Source of the DNA: a virus
Lineage: Duplodnaviria; Heunggongvirae; Uroviricota; Caudoviricetes
DNA length: 64,000 nt
Strand: one strand, 5' to 3'
IMG/VR virus record: IMGVR_UViG_3300023202_000061
Position numbers and translations under genes: made by a program. Shown here piece by piece: positions 17,753-26,532 of the stretch (the first letter of the stretch is position 1; each line of letters starts with the position of its first letter). The notes below the pieces were generated by a model. It ran no database searches. It was not told the origin of the DNA and saw nothing but the letters and a program-made list of their open reading frames with translations.

Positions 17753-19084
17753 TCAGATTTGAACCAGATTGAGAACCTCTGCCATAATAGAACCAATGGC
17801 CCGCTCATGACCAATCATGCCATCATCAGCATGAGCATGAGCAACTTCGTGAACCAAAGTGTAGATGGTTTGACCTCTGTTACCAAGAATCTTCTTGGCA
17901 ATGTTAATCTCACCAGACTCAGTGTTGTATGTTCCTAACAGTTTGTCATCATTGAAGTCAACAGCCAGTACCTTACTAGTAACAAGCGGCGTCTCTCCCA
18001 ACTTCTCTTGAGCCCTTGCGATAAGATTACAAGCACTGCGGATATTGAAAGCTTCCTTATCATCTAGGTCTCCGAAGGAGTACTGTTTGGAAACAGATTT
18101 CCGAAGGGATTTCAGATGAGAAGCAGCGGTACCAAGTTCCTGCTCAATGATGCCTCGCATGTTCCATCCAACCTGGATGCCTCTTTTGCCAAACCTATCA
18201 AGCTCGTCAACTTCGTGAGCGTACTCAACAGCAATGGCCTCAGGATTGTCCTCCCTGAACTTGTTAGCAATCGCCTCCTTTCCAGCACTATCAAGTCTGT
18301 AATGTGATACCATTGAAGCCTCTTCAGCTCCCTCCATAAGGAGCTTGTAAACTCCGTCAGAGATGAATCCCTTATTAACAGCCTTAGCTAGCAAGTCAGA
18401 TGTCTTATCTGACATGTTAGAGATCATGCGGCGGTCACGGTCAATGTCAGCATGGTCAAAGTCGTAACCGAATTTGCAATCAGTCTTAGCTACGAACATA
18501 CCCTTGACGAAAACCTGACCGATGAAGTTATGGTCTGTAATAATACGACCACCATGAACATCGATGGATTCCAAATGTTCCTTGCGAAGGAAGAGCAACC
18601 GGGACTGAATCTTATTCCATTCAGATTTAGAAATTCCCATCAATTCAAACTGGACCCTGTTCACATCCTTGTTGTTCTTCGTGGTGTGGATGACGAGAAC
18701 GTCAGCATTGTAACGCTCAGAGCGTTCAATGGATGGAATCCAAACCTCGGAACCGTTCCGAATCTTGATGTCCAATCCCTGGCGAAGCAGAGCAAGGATA
18801 CCAAATTTCAAACCCTCACCGAACTGACCAATAGTGCGGGAGTCATCCAGCTTGGTAGTCCTACCGATGAGGAGCGCTTCCTTAGGAAGGATGGTACCAT
18901 CGTTGTTGATAACAACAGCGCCAACCTCTTCACCATTCACTCTGCGCTTAGCAAAGCTTACGGTCATTGGAGCATCGTTCTGAATCTCAGCGTCTCTGGA
19001 GTTCTGAACCAGCTCTCTAACACCCTCGTAAACTCCCCAGTTGGGAAGGTAGCTCGCATCAATCGTTAGTTCAAATTTTGCCAT
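17753..19084 (-). CDS. GHKL (HATPase_c) ATPase fused to a zincin HExxH domain
   Basis: VRELVQNSRDA, INNDG, TIGQFGEGLK GHKL boxes; C-terminal LVHEVAHAH. Confidence 0.8.
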   Translation of the reverse strand: MAKFELTIDASYLPNWGVYEGVRELVQNSRDAEIQNDAPMTVSFAKRRVNGEEVGAVVINNDGTILPKEALLIGRTTKLDDSRTIGQFGEGLKFGILALLRQGLDIKIRNGSEVWIPSIERSERYNADVLVIHTTKNNKDVNRVQFELMGISKSEWNKIQSRLLFLRKEHLESIDVHGGRIITDHNFIGQVFVKGMFVAKTDCKFGYDFDHADIDRDRRMISNMSDKTSDLLAKAVNKGFISDGVYKLLMEGAEEASMVSHYRLDSAGKEAIANKFREDNPEAIAVEYAHEVDELDRFGKRGIQVGWNMRGIIEQELGTAASHLKSLRKSVSKQYSFGDLDDKEAFNIRSACNLIARAQEKLGETPLVTSKVLAVDFNDDKLLGTYNTESGEINIAKKILGNRGQTIYTLVHEVAHAHADDGMIGHERAIGSIMAEVLNLVQI

Positions 19085-19571
19085 CTGGTAAATCTCCTAA
19101 AGTATTTACTGCGTTTTCAAACATCTTCTTGAGAGGCTGGCCATTCTTGATAAACATATCCAACCTATTCTCTACAGCGCAATCATCGGGAATCTCTTCC
19201 CCCTTGTCCTGCATGTGCTTTACAAACTCTTGCCACTTCTTTTCGATATCTTCCTTGGCAGACATTACTTCTTTGTAAAGCCCAGAGTCAGTGGGTAACC
19301 TGAATCTGATGTAAGCATACGTTGAATCGTACAAATCATCTTCGTCAGAGATGTACAAAGGGTGCTTTCGGAATTTCTCAAAAACACCCTCATGATCCTC
19401 GCGGTTATGCCCGCCGCATCTGGTTAAAACAACCATCTGTGGTTCAGGCTCAAGAGCTATCCAGGCATCCCTGGCTCTCTCAAATTCATCTTGATGCTTT
19501 ACACCAAGCTCCTGAAGAACAGGCCCCGCCACCGGAGTTGTTTGGAATAACATGTTATACAAACTCATCAC
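19071..19571 (-). CDS. conserved phage hypothetical protein
   Basis: 166 aa; LTRCGGHNR...DEDDLYDSTYAYIRF. Confidence 0.75.
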   Translation of the reverse strand: MMSLYNMLFQTTPVAGPVLQELGVKHQDEFERARDAWIALEPEPQMVVLTRCGGHNREDHEGVFEKFRKHPLYISDEDDLYDSTYAYIRFRLPTDSGLYKEVMSAKEDIEKKWQEFVKHMQDKGEEIPDDCAVENRLDMFIKNGQPLKKMFENAVNTLGDLPDGKI

Positions 19572-19577
19572 TTCTCC

Positions 19578-19946
19578 TTACAGGAATGCTTTACCAAGAC
19601 CAGAGACAGCCACCGCGCGATCATCGCGGAAGGAATCACCGGAATCAACTTCGTATTCATCTTCTACACCGACAGCTCCACCGCTGACGGCAAGAGCACC
19701 ATCACAGGCGCGCTCTTCTTCCTCTTCGGTAAGGGTGCCAAGGAACTCAGTCCTGTTACCTTCACCATCGACAACATAGACAATGCTGTCGATACTTGCT
19801 ACCGAAGGTAGACCATCAACGTAGTCCTCTTGAATCAGAAACTCTGCCTCAAGAGTAATCTCTTCATCGTCTCGCTCAATTACAAACTGGTGAATCATTC
19901 TAGACATATTACCTATACGTAAACAATTTCGCCAAAAACGCAACAT
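19578..19946 (-). CDS. acidic hypothetical protein
   Basis: Very D/E-rich; true start probably the later MSRMIHQ. Confidence 0.65.
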   Translation of the reverse strand: MLRFWRNCLRIGNMSRMIHQFVIERDDEEITLEAEFLIQEDYVDGLPSVASIDSIVYVVDGEGNRTEFLGTLTEEEEERACDGALAVSGGAVGVEDEYEVDSGDSFRDDRAVAVSGLGKAFL

Positions 19947-20674
19947 TGAAGAAATACATCGCCAGTAATAGCGTCTGCGTTATCATCAATAAAGGCATCA
20001 ACAAAATGGTCTTTGTATTTTTTGCCCATGATTTCGATGCCGACCTTAATCTTTTCCTCAGTTAACTCCCATTTGGTAGCCCTCTCATCGTCCCGGTCAT
20101 ACTCAAGATACTCTTCGACATCACAAAGGATAACCTTTCCATCTCCAAAGCACCAAGAGCTAGCCGGATAATCCTTCCAAGTAGAAGGAATCATAGACTC
20201 GTCAGATGGTTGAACATGTCGATCACCACATCGAGCCATCCAAGAACCCGAACCATAAGTCGTGCTTCCATAGGCCATGTCTAACAGCTCGCAAACGCGC
20301 TCAACGGTAACAGGAAAGATGCCGCCTACCTCGTGAACCACCCTTTCAGGATCTCCAGTTCCGGGCATCTCTTTGGGCTCGGCATTCTTTACCTCCTCCT
20401 CAGCCTTGCGTCGAGCAATCACCCGGTCCACAAGCTTCTGTGTTTTGCCTTCGGCAATCATTTGGTCTAGCTCTGCCAACATCTCTTCTTTGGAACCAGA
20501 GAGGCCGAGAAGTTCTCTTGCTTGGGGCCAAGGATCTTGAAAGAACTTCAAGCCGGTACGAACCTCAATAGCCATACCCTTGCGAAGACTCATGATACCA
20601 AAAAAGGTAGTTCCCTCTTCGCCGGTAAATGTTACACCGCCATCGTGAGGGTGAATGTTTTCTGCAACGCTCAT
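19913..20674 (-). CDS. hypothetical protein, two-module
   Basis: 253 aa; C-terminal DAITGDVFLQCCVFGEIVY motif seen in phage proteins. Confidence 0.75.
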   Translation of the reverse strand: MSVAENIHPHDGGVTFTGEEGTTFFGIMSLRKGMAIEVRTGLKFFQDPWPQARELLGLSGSKEEMLAELDQMIAEGKTQKLVDRVIARRKAEEEVKNAEPKEMPGTGDPERVVHEVGGIFPVTVERVCELLDMAYGSTTYGSGSWMARCGDRHVQPSDESMIPSTWKDYPASSWCFGDGKVILCDVEEYLEYDRDDERATKWELTEEKIKVGIEIMGKKYKDHFVDAFIDDNADAITGDVFLQCCVFGEIVYV

Positions 20675-20946
20675 TTCTCGTTTCCTTTCATGAGCCCAAG
20701 AATAATAGAAACCAAGGTTGGTTTCTCCTGGGCGGCAATCTGCTCCTTCACCTCTTTGGTAACGACAATCCTTGCAGAGTCAGCTACCTTTTGGGAAATC
20801 ACATCTGTAGTTTGATAGAGGATCTCAGAGACCCTCTGATCCACAAGCTCCTGAATCCTCTTCTCCTCCAGCCGTTCGGCCCGGACTTGACGGTACAGGT
20901 CTCTTGTGATCTTCTTTCTCAGTCTCTTGTTACGATCACTCTTCAT
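20671..20946 (-). CDS. hypothetical protein
   Basis: 91-aa ORF downstream of repeat box R1. Confidence 0.65.
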   Translation of the reverse strand: MKSDRNKRLRKKITRDLYRQVRAERLEEKRIQELVDQRVSEILYQTTDVISQKVADSARIVVTKEVKEQIAAQEKPTLVSIILGLMKGNEK

Positions 20947-21013
20947 AAGATCATAGTAGGGAGCGGTCAGTCCCTACCCTCTTTTCTGCTCAGAATCATC
21001 ACTTTTTGCCTCG
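20947..21013 (-). promoter_or_regulatory. dispersed repeat R1 (TGATGATTCTGAGCA box on the minus strand)
   Basis: Near-identical to 40821-40885; core also at 43929-43943 and 44072-44086. Confidence 0.7.
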
Positions 21014-21095
21014 GGTGTGTTCCGGGCGTGACGCGATACACATAGCGAGAGTAAGAAGCGCGAGAGTATTGCGCGAGCTTCTCATTGCTCGGCGG

Positions 21096-21764
21096 TCAAC
21101 GCTTAGCATTTTCACGTTCTTTCCTCCGTTTGTCGATAATCTTTTGAATACCACGATAGCGGGTAATGTTAGACTCCTTGATGTCTTCAAGTGAGCGCTC
21201 TTCAACCTCCCGTGTCACCCAAGATTCAATCGTGTGCTCTCCATTACCAAAATGGAGGAAGTGATGAGGAATGTCCTCAAGTTTCTTGAGTAAATATCGA
21301 GAGTGGGAGATGATAACCGCAGCCACCAAATGTTCAGGAGGATCTCTTAACCATTCAGCGAAAGCTGTACCAGCTCCCATCGAAGCTCCCTCACTCATCC
21401 CGAGGTCTGGTTCATCAAAGACAACAACATGTTTCGACCCTCTTCCCTTAGATGTTTTGATACCACCTAAGATAGTTCCCGCAGAATTACAGCCCGTTGA
21501 GTCATTAGTCTCGTCTCCGTAAACCAAAGAGTAAGAGATGTTGCGCCTACCTTCGACTGAGATATGAATGCACTCAATCTTTTTCTCGGAGCAGTATTGT
21601 TGCATCAGCCTGCGGTACAGGCTCTTGCCTGAAGCGTTCTCTCCAGCAGCGATGATAAGTTTTGATTTCCCAGGACCTTTGGTCCAGTTCACATCAATCA
21701 CAGGCCGAGTTCCTTCAAAGAACTCATATTTAAGTGTCTTCTTTACGATGCTGGAGATAGGCAT
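21096..21764 (-). CDS. stand-alone ABC/AAA_21-type ATPase
   Basis: Walker A GENASGKS, Walker B VVVFDEPDLGMS, H-loop IISHS; start moved to MPISS at 21764. Confidence 0.8.
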   Translation of the reverse strand: MPISSIVKKTLKYEFFEGTRPVIDVNWTKGPGKSKLIIAAGENASGKSLYRRLMQQYCSEKKIECIHISVEGRRNISYSLVYGDETNDSTGCNSAGTILGGIKTSKGRGSKHVVVFDEPDLGMSEGASMGAGTAFAEWLRDPPEHLVAAVIISHSRYLLKKLEDIPHHFLHFGNGEHTIESWVTREVEERSLEDIKESNITRYRGIQKIIDKRRKERENAKR

Positions 21765-21765
21765 T

Positions 21766-22050
21766 TTATTCTTCCTCTTCTTCTTCTTCTTCCTCTTCAC
21801 CATCTTCCTCTTCACCCTCAAGAATGAACCGAGTCACCTCATTGAGAATGTCTTCTTCACTCATGCTGCCTGGGTCAACTTGACCAGGTTCGTACTTTTC
21901 AATATGCTGCCTGTGAATGTGCTTAGCAACTGTTCGCAGAGAGCCGTTTGAAACGATGCCATCCATGATGACGCCATACTGGGGGCGGTAGTAAACTCCC
22001 TTGTCTTCCGCCTTAAACAAGAGAACCGGATCTAGATTGTACTTTGGCAT
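21766..22050 (-). CDS. hypothetical protein with poly-Glu tail
   Basis: Ends EGEEEDGEEEEEEEEE. Confidence 0.65.
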   Translation of the reverse strand: MPKYNLDPVLLFKAEDKGVYYRPQYGVIMDGIVSNGSLRTVAKHIHRQHIEKYEPGQVDPGSMSEEDILNEVTRFILEGEEEDGEEEEEEEEEE

Positions 22051-22071
22051 TTGATATTCCCCATGGGTTCG

Positions 22072-22356
22072 CTACTTGATTCTGTATGTGAATTTGTATG
22101 GGTAGCCCTCTACGAAATCATCGAGAGCCTGAAGCGCTTCATCTGTCTTATTTTCAAGCAAGAATTCTGATGCAACCCGAAGGTCAGCTTTTAGCTGGTT
22201 GAGGTCTCCCTTACCTGGCTCTAATCTCGCAACCTGGGTCATCATGACCGTGATGAGAGTTGCTATTCCGTCACTCTCTTCTGCAATCTCCTCTACATCG
22301 ATGGTAGAGTAATCGGCATTTTCATAGTAGTAAGTTACCATAGAAACTGGAGTCAT
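22072..22356 (-). CDS. hypothetical protein
   Basis: 94-aa co-oriented ORF. Confidence 0.65.
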   Translation of the reverse strand: MTPVSMVTYYYENADYSTIDVEEIAEESDGIATLITVMMTQVARLEPGKGDLNQLKADLRVASEFLLENKTDEALQALDDFVEGYPYKFTYRIK

Positions 22357-22730
22357 CGGTACGAACCACCCTTTCTGTAACCATCTTTATCACGCTCACC
22401 ATAATCATTGATGCCCTCTGGCTTTTCGTACAGAACATCAATCCCTTGCTTACCAGCCCAGCAGCAAGCTGCCTTGATGGTGTAAGGGTTCTGGTTAGGC
22501 ATCTTGCTTGCAAGGTAATCCTCAGAGAGAATCATGTCTCTTGGAACCAACGCAGAGACACCCTTACCAGAAAGCATTACCGTAAGAACTACTTCGTTTC
22601 GTTCTCCAGTATCGAGAAGCCCCATTTCGTATCGCGTTCCATCTCCAGGACAGAACACCTCAAAGACTCCGGCCGAATATGATGGTCTACTCATCGTTTC
22701 ATCTCCACCGGAGATAAGTTTCCTTACCAC
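22353..22730 (-). CDS. hypothetical protein
   Basis: 125-aa ORF; start possibly MSRPS. Confidence 0.65.
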   Translation of the reverse strand: MVRKLISGGDETMSRPSYSAGVFEVFCPGDGTRYEMGLLDTGERNEVVLTVMLSGKGVSALVPRDMILSEDYLASKMPNQNPYTIKAACCWAGKQGIDVLYEKPEGINDYGERDKDGYRKGGSYR

Positions 22731-23020
22731 TCTGTTTTAACCTTTCCGTCTGGAAACAGTTGCCACCCCGCTCCAGAGAGATAGAGATGCCGGTCCCATT
22801 CTGTGATGAAGTCAAACAACTCTTTACCCTTTCCCAATTCTTCAGGGTGGATGTTGTTATCATTCTTCATAGTGAAGAAGTAAGTGCCCATAGCAATGGT
22901 AAACATCACTAAGTTCTCATCCTCCCTCATCAATTCAAGTGCAAGCCTCTTTACTTCAGCATTTGCTACATCAAATGCCTTGTCATACAAGGCTTGCACT
23001 TTATCGTTGGCGCTTCCCAT
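22724..23020 (-). CDS. hypothetical protein
   Basis: 98-aa coupled ORF. Confidence 0.65.
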   Translation of the reverse strand: MGSANDKVQALYDKAFDVANAEVKRLALELMREDENLVMFTIAMGTYFFTMKNDNNIHPEELGKGKELFDFITEWDRHLYLSGAGWQLFPDGKVKTEW

Positions 23021-23964
23021 CAGAAAAAGTCCGACTTGAGCTTACCACCACAGTGAGGACAGTAACCGTTACCTTCCTCATCGATGCAGAGCACGCCAGA
23101 TTCCCAGACATTATCCTCTTCGGTAAGAAGCTTGATTTTGCATTTGCTTTCAATCTCAAACGTCTCATCCACAGGGTAGGTCTGGTCAGAGAAAGAGTAG
23201 CCACCATCATCCGTGTCCCAGATGTGCCGGCCATCCCAATCGATGTCATCCTCTACATCACTGACGCCCTTGAGCTTCAGCTGCTTCTCCTGAGCTTCTT
23301 TCAAAGCCTCGGCGGTAGGGTGCCGCTCATCATCGCAGTAGATTGCGGCTCTCTGGTAATCGAAAATTGCCAACTCACCGAAGGTGGACTCATCAACAGT
23401 GAAGACCTGAGCAGCAGTGTAACCCATGCGAACATCACAACCACCATGAACCTGAAGGACAATTACCGAACCGAAGCGTTCATTTTCAAAGTACTTGAAC
23501 TGAATGGTTTGATCTAAGCAGTTCTCTTCGTTGTAAGTGTTGATGGTAAATGGCTCACCATCACCATAGATACCCTTGCACTCGCCATACTCTTCGCCGT
23601 TCTCGTCCTTGGCAGAGCTGAGCCATTCAGGAAATACATCTGCAAGCTCGAACCATGAAGCTCTTCCATCCTCATCATGCTCCTTGCGGAAGGGAGAGTC
23701 TTCGTCCTGCATGAGCTTGTTAAGCTCTTCGTTCAGCTCCAGCCGCTCCTTGAGCCAGTGATAGGTGTTGTGGCTCAGCTCAACGCTGAGACGTTCTTCA
23801 TCACCACTCTTCCAAGCACTGAAGCGAAGGGTACTTCGCTCTTCAGCATCAAGGTCAAGCTTTTGGTTGCGTTCGTATTGACGACCGTAGTAATCTCCGC
23901 TATCAATGATAGAGTGCCCAACCCGCTCCTTGAACATTCCGCTAAGAATCTGTGCCGTTTCCAT
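23020..23964 (-). CDS. conserved phage hypothetical protein
   Basis: 314 aa; INTYN...LDQTIQF...LQVHGGCDVRMGYT; C-terminal CPHCG. Confidence 0.75.
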   Translation of the reverse strand: METAQILSGMFKERVGHSIIDSGDYYGRQYERNQKLDLDAEERSTLRFSAWKSGDEERLSVELSHNTYHWLKERLELNEELNKLMQDEDSPFRKEHDEDGRASWFELADVFPEWLSSAKDENGEEYGECKGIYGDGEPFTINTYNEENCLDQTIQFKYFENERFGSVIVLQVHGGCDVRMGYTAAQVFTVDESTFGELAIFDYQRAAIYCDDERHPTAEALKEAQEKQLKLKGVSDVEDDIDWDGRHIWDTDDGGYSFSDQTYPVDETFEIESKCKIKLLTEEDNVWESGVLCIDEEGNGYCPHCGGKLKSDFF

Positions 23965-24334
23965 TTTCTATTTCCTCTTCCTTCTTTTCCAGGTAATCAA
24001 ACAACTCATTAGAGTTATCATCGATCTCAAAATCATCGGGGAGCATTTCGATAAGCTCCAAAGGCTTCGCTGTTGCGAACTCCTCGTTGTCCCAGTGGAA
24101 TTCCATGAACAGGAACCGTGACCGGAACTTCAATCGGATTCCTAAGAATCCATTCCGCTTGGAATCATATACACCGCAGATAAGGTTCCTAGAAAAAATC
24201 TTGTAAACACCTCGGTGTTTCAGGTCAGGAACCTTGATGTAATCATCACTCTTATAGAGTTCTTGATACTCTTCATGGGAGCTGACGATGCTTTTTGGTT
24301 TGGGCCATGGCCCATCAACTTTTCTATGTGTCAT
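23942..24334 (-). CDS. hypothetical protein
   Basis: 130 aa; AAAGGAG RBS upstream. Confidence 0.7.
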   Translation of the reverse strand: MTHRKVDGPWPKPKSIVSSHEEYQELYKSDDYIKVPDLKHRGVYKIFSRNLICGVYDSKRNGFLGIRLKFRSRFLFMEFHWDNEEFATAKPLELIEMLPDDFEIDDNSNELFDYLEKKEEEIENGNGTDS

Positions 24335-24541
24335 ATCTCTCCTTTGGTAAAGAGAGAGGGAGGCTTGTCTTCTTGCCAGTTCGACAGAACCTCAACTTAA
24401 CGTCACCGAATATCCACACACAACTTGGGCTCTAGCTTCAAGACACCAAGCCGCTGACACGCATGGCTGTATTCAGTACTTAGTTAGCTAACATGATCAA
24501 TAATCCTTGTAACGGGAAGGCAATGAATTCATGTTCCTCAG

Positions 24542-24615
24542 CACTCCCGGCAGGACTCAAACCTGCGACATTCGGCTTAGAAGGCCGACGCTCTATTCAG
24601 CTGAGCTACGGGAGC
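24542..24615 (-). tRNA. tRNA-Arg(TCT), no encoded CCA
   Basis: GCTCCCG acceptor / CGGGAGT, D-arm GCTC...GAGC, anticodon arm TCGGC-CTTCTAA-GCCGA, T-arm GCAGG-TTTGAGT-CCTGC. Confidence 0.9.
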
Positions 24616-24746
24616 AAGCGGATCACTGAGATAAAGAAAGGCTATAACACTTTCACCTTCCAGCTCAGTGATCCTTGTTTTAAATACTAGGAAGTAATTA
24701 TGAAACCTAGTGAGGTTATCGAGTCAATGCTTTCTATACGAAAATA

Positions 24747-25109
24747 TCAGTAAGCCTCCATCCTTGCTTCGTAAGCCTCAATCTTGGCGTCCCAGTATTC
24801 ATCAGCGGCAGCCTCTCCGGCCTCACCAGCTAATTGACTCCAATCAACACCTTTCTCTTCTCCGAAGCTCAGGTTCCAGAGTTCATCAATTTCATCTTCG
24901 TCGAACTCATACCCATCATCATCAGTGATAGGTCCGTCAACATACCAGTGCTCAGGAACTCCTGTAGACCTATACTCATCAGGCTGGTATGAAAAAGGAA
25001 CCTCAAAGGTTACCTCAGTCCATGCATCATCATCATCAACATCTTTGGTAGGATCCCAAAGCGAGATGTAAATCTCAACCATTCTATCATGGTAGTGTTT
25101 TCTTTTCAT
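24747..25109 (-). CDS. highly acidic hypothetical protein
   Basis: About 35 D/E versus about 9 K/R in 120 aa. Confidence 0.7.
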   Translation of the reverse strand: MKRKHYHDRMVEIYISLWDPTKDVDDDDAWTEVTFEVPFSYQPDEYRSTGVPEHWYVDGPITDDDGYEFDEDEIDELWNLSFGEEKGVDWSQLAGEAGEAAADEYWDAKIEAYEARMEAY

Positions 25110-25145
25110 TGTTTTCTTTCTATTCTTTTACAAACCATATCCTCA

Positions 25146-25222
25146 GTGGTCAGCTGAAGATTCGAACTTCAGCAAGATAACCAGACCCTTAGATCCTGTA
25201 TCTTGTCCCTACGATCTGACCA
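25146..25222 (-). ncRNA. tRNA-like RNA lacking a D-stem
   Basis: Acceptor (T)GGTCAG/CTGACC(A), T-arm CTGAAG-TTCGAAT-CTTCAG, long central hairpin; immediately 3' of the tRNA-Lys CCA. Confidence 0.6.
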
Positions 25223-25223
25223 T

Positions 25224-25298
25224 TGGTGGGTCATCAGGGACTTGAACCCTGAACCTTGAGATTAAAAGTCTCCTGCTCTACCATTGAGCTAATGACCC
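25224..25298 (-). tRNA. tRNA-Lys(TTT) with encoded CCA
   Basis: GGGTCAT/ATGACCC acceptor, anticodon loop CTTTTAA, T-arm CAGGG-TTCAAGT-CCCTG, ACCA end. Confidence 0.95.
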
Positions 25299-25449
25299 AG
25301 ACCCGGTTTTGTTTTAGCAGACCGGGAACATCCAAAGATGCAACTGCTGGGCCGGGCTTGGGGAATGCCGAAGGGAAGGCAAAACCCGACCAACCATCAC
25401 GTCGTGAAAAGAAGGGAAAACGACGTGAGGAAAACGGTGGCGAGTGCTG

Positions 25450-25478
25450 ATTGCACCCGCTTCCAAGCGGATTGTCAA
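25450..25478 (-). promoter_or_regulatory. sigma70-type promoter for the tRNA cluster
   Basis: Minus strand TTGACA-17 nt-TGCAAT. Confidence 0.55.
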
Positions 25479-25762
25479 TGAGCTATAGGATAGTAAGTCC
25501 TTGATCTTCCTCATATTTTCGAGGAAGAAAATTCAGTATCCCAACCTAGTACCACAGAGACAATCCAGCAGTCAAGAAAAATCAACCCTAGTCTTTAAAC
25601 GATCTTGCAGAGACCAAACTTGAGCTTTCTTTGAAGAGATTCCCTTTCTGACTCCTTGAGAGGTCCAAGAAAGAACTCGCCATCAACCTCATGTATAAGG
25701 CCGACCAGAGTTAGACTCTAAAGTCTTGGTTACAGTTTTATCAGTGAAGTTCTTTCTTTCCA

Positions 25763-26479
25763 CTATGCAAGCCCTTTTTCTGGAGAGAACTTTCCATGCC
25801 TGAGAGTGTTAGCAACAATGGCGCGAAGCATCACCTCATCTTTATCTTTACCTTTATCTGAATTTACTTTTTTCAAAACCTTTCTTATGAAGTTGTAAGC
25901 ATCAATAGTCCTATCAGCTTCACCGGCCCAAGCATTCTCAAAAACATACTCCATGAGACGAAGCTCTTCTTCTGGAAACCACTTTTTCAAGTGATGAACC
26001 ATTGCTATGTCATTATCACCAGAAATTTTACTGGCCTTAAGTTTATCGTACACATCAACAGAGCCGATGAATAGAGAGCCGATAGCGCAGACATTACATT
26101 GAATGTTTGGTTTTTGAACAAACTCTTGAAGCTGACTATTTTTCTTTGCCCCAAGTTCACAAGCGAGTTTCGAGTGATCTTCATATAACCCCCATTCAGA
26201 TTCAAACTTATTGAATGTAAGGTACTCTCCGGCCCTGGCTTTGAACTTCCTTGCATCCAACTGCTGGATAACATCTGCAAGAATCTTTGTTCTCTGAAGA
26301 CGTTTTCCACTAATGCACTGCCTGAAATCCTCACGGAAAGCTCTCACCGTAGTGTATGTCCAAGCAGAGTTCTTCCATGTATGGTTGACTACAATCTCTC
26401 CGCGCTTCACGGAATAAACTTTGTAAACACCCCCTTTATTATTGATCCAAAACTGACCAGCTTTAATTTCCTTCGCCAT
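25763..26479 (-). CDS. hypothetical protein, paralog of 53001-53846
   Basis: Shared CxVCAIGS motif and IVxNTxxHGKFSP C-terminus. Confidence 0.8.
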   Translation of the reverse strand: MAKEIKAGQFWINNKGGVYKVYSVKRGEIVVNHTWKNSAWTYTTVRAFREDFRQCISGKRLQRTKILADVIQQLDARKFKARAGEYLTFNKFESEWGLYEDHSKLACELGAKKNSQLQEFVQKPNIQCNVCAIGSLFIGSVDVYDKLKASKISGDNDIAMVHHLKKWFPEEELRLMEYVFENAWAGEADRTIDAYNFIRKVLKKVNSDKGKDKDEVMLRAIVANTLRHGKFSPEKGLA

Positions 26480-26494
26480 ACTAATTCCTTTGGT

Positions 26495-26518
26495 AAAAAA
26501 GAGGGGCCGAAGCCCCTC
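26495..26518 (-). terminator. intrinsic terminator
   Basis: Minus strand GAGGGGC-TTCG-GCCCCTC followed by TTTTTT. Confidence 0.85.
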
Positions 26519-26532
26519 CTAATTCATTTCTC

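Noticed and set aside
24360-24541. Theta (HDV-like) ribozyme in the tRNA-Arg 3' trailer
   Set aside because: Could not build the nested double pseudoknot by eye; an Infernal or RNArobo search would be needed
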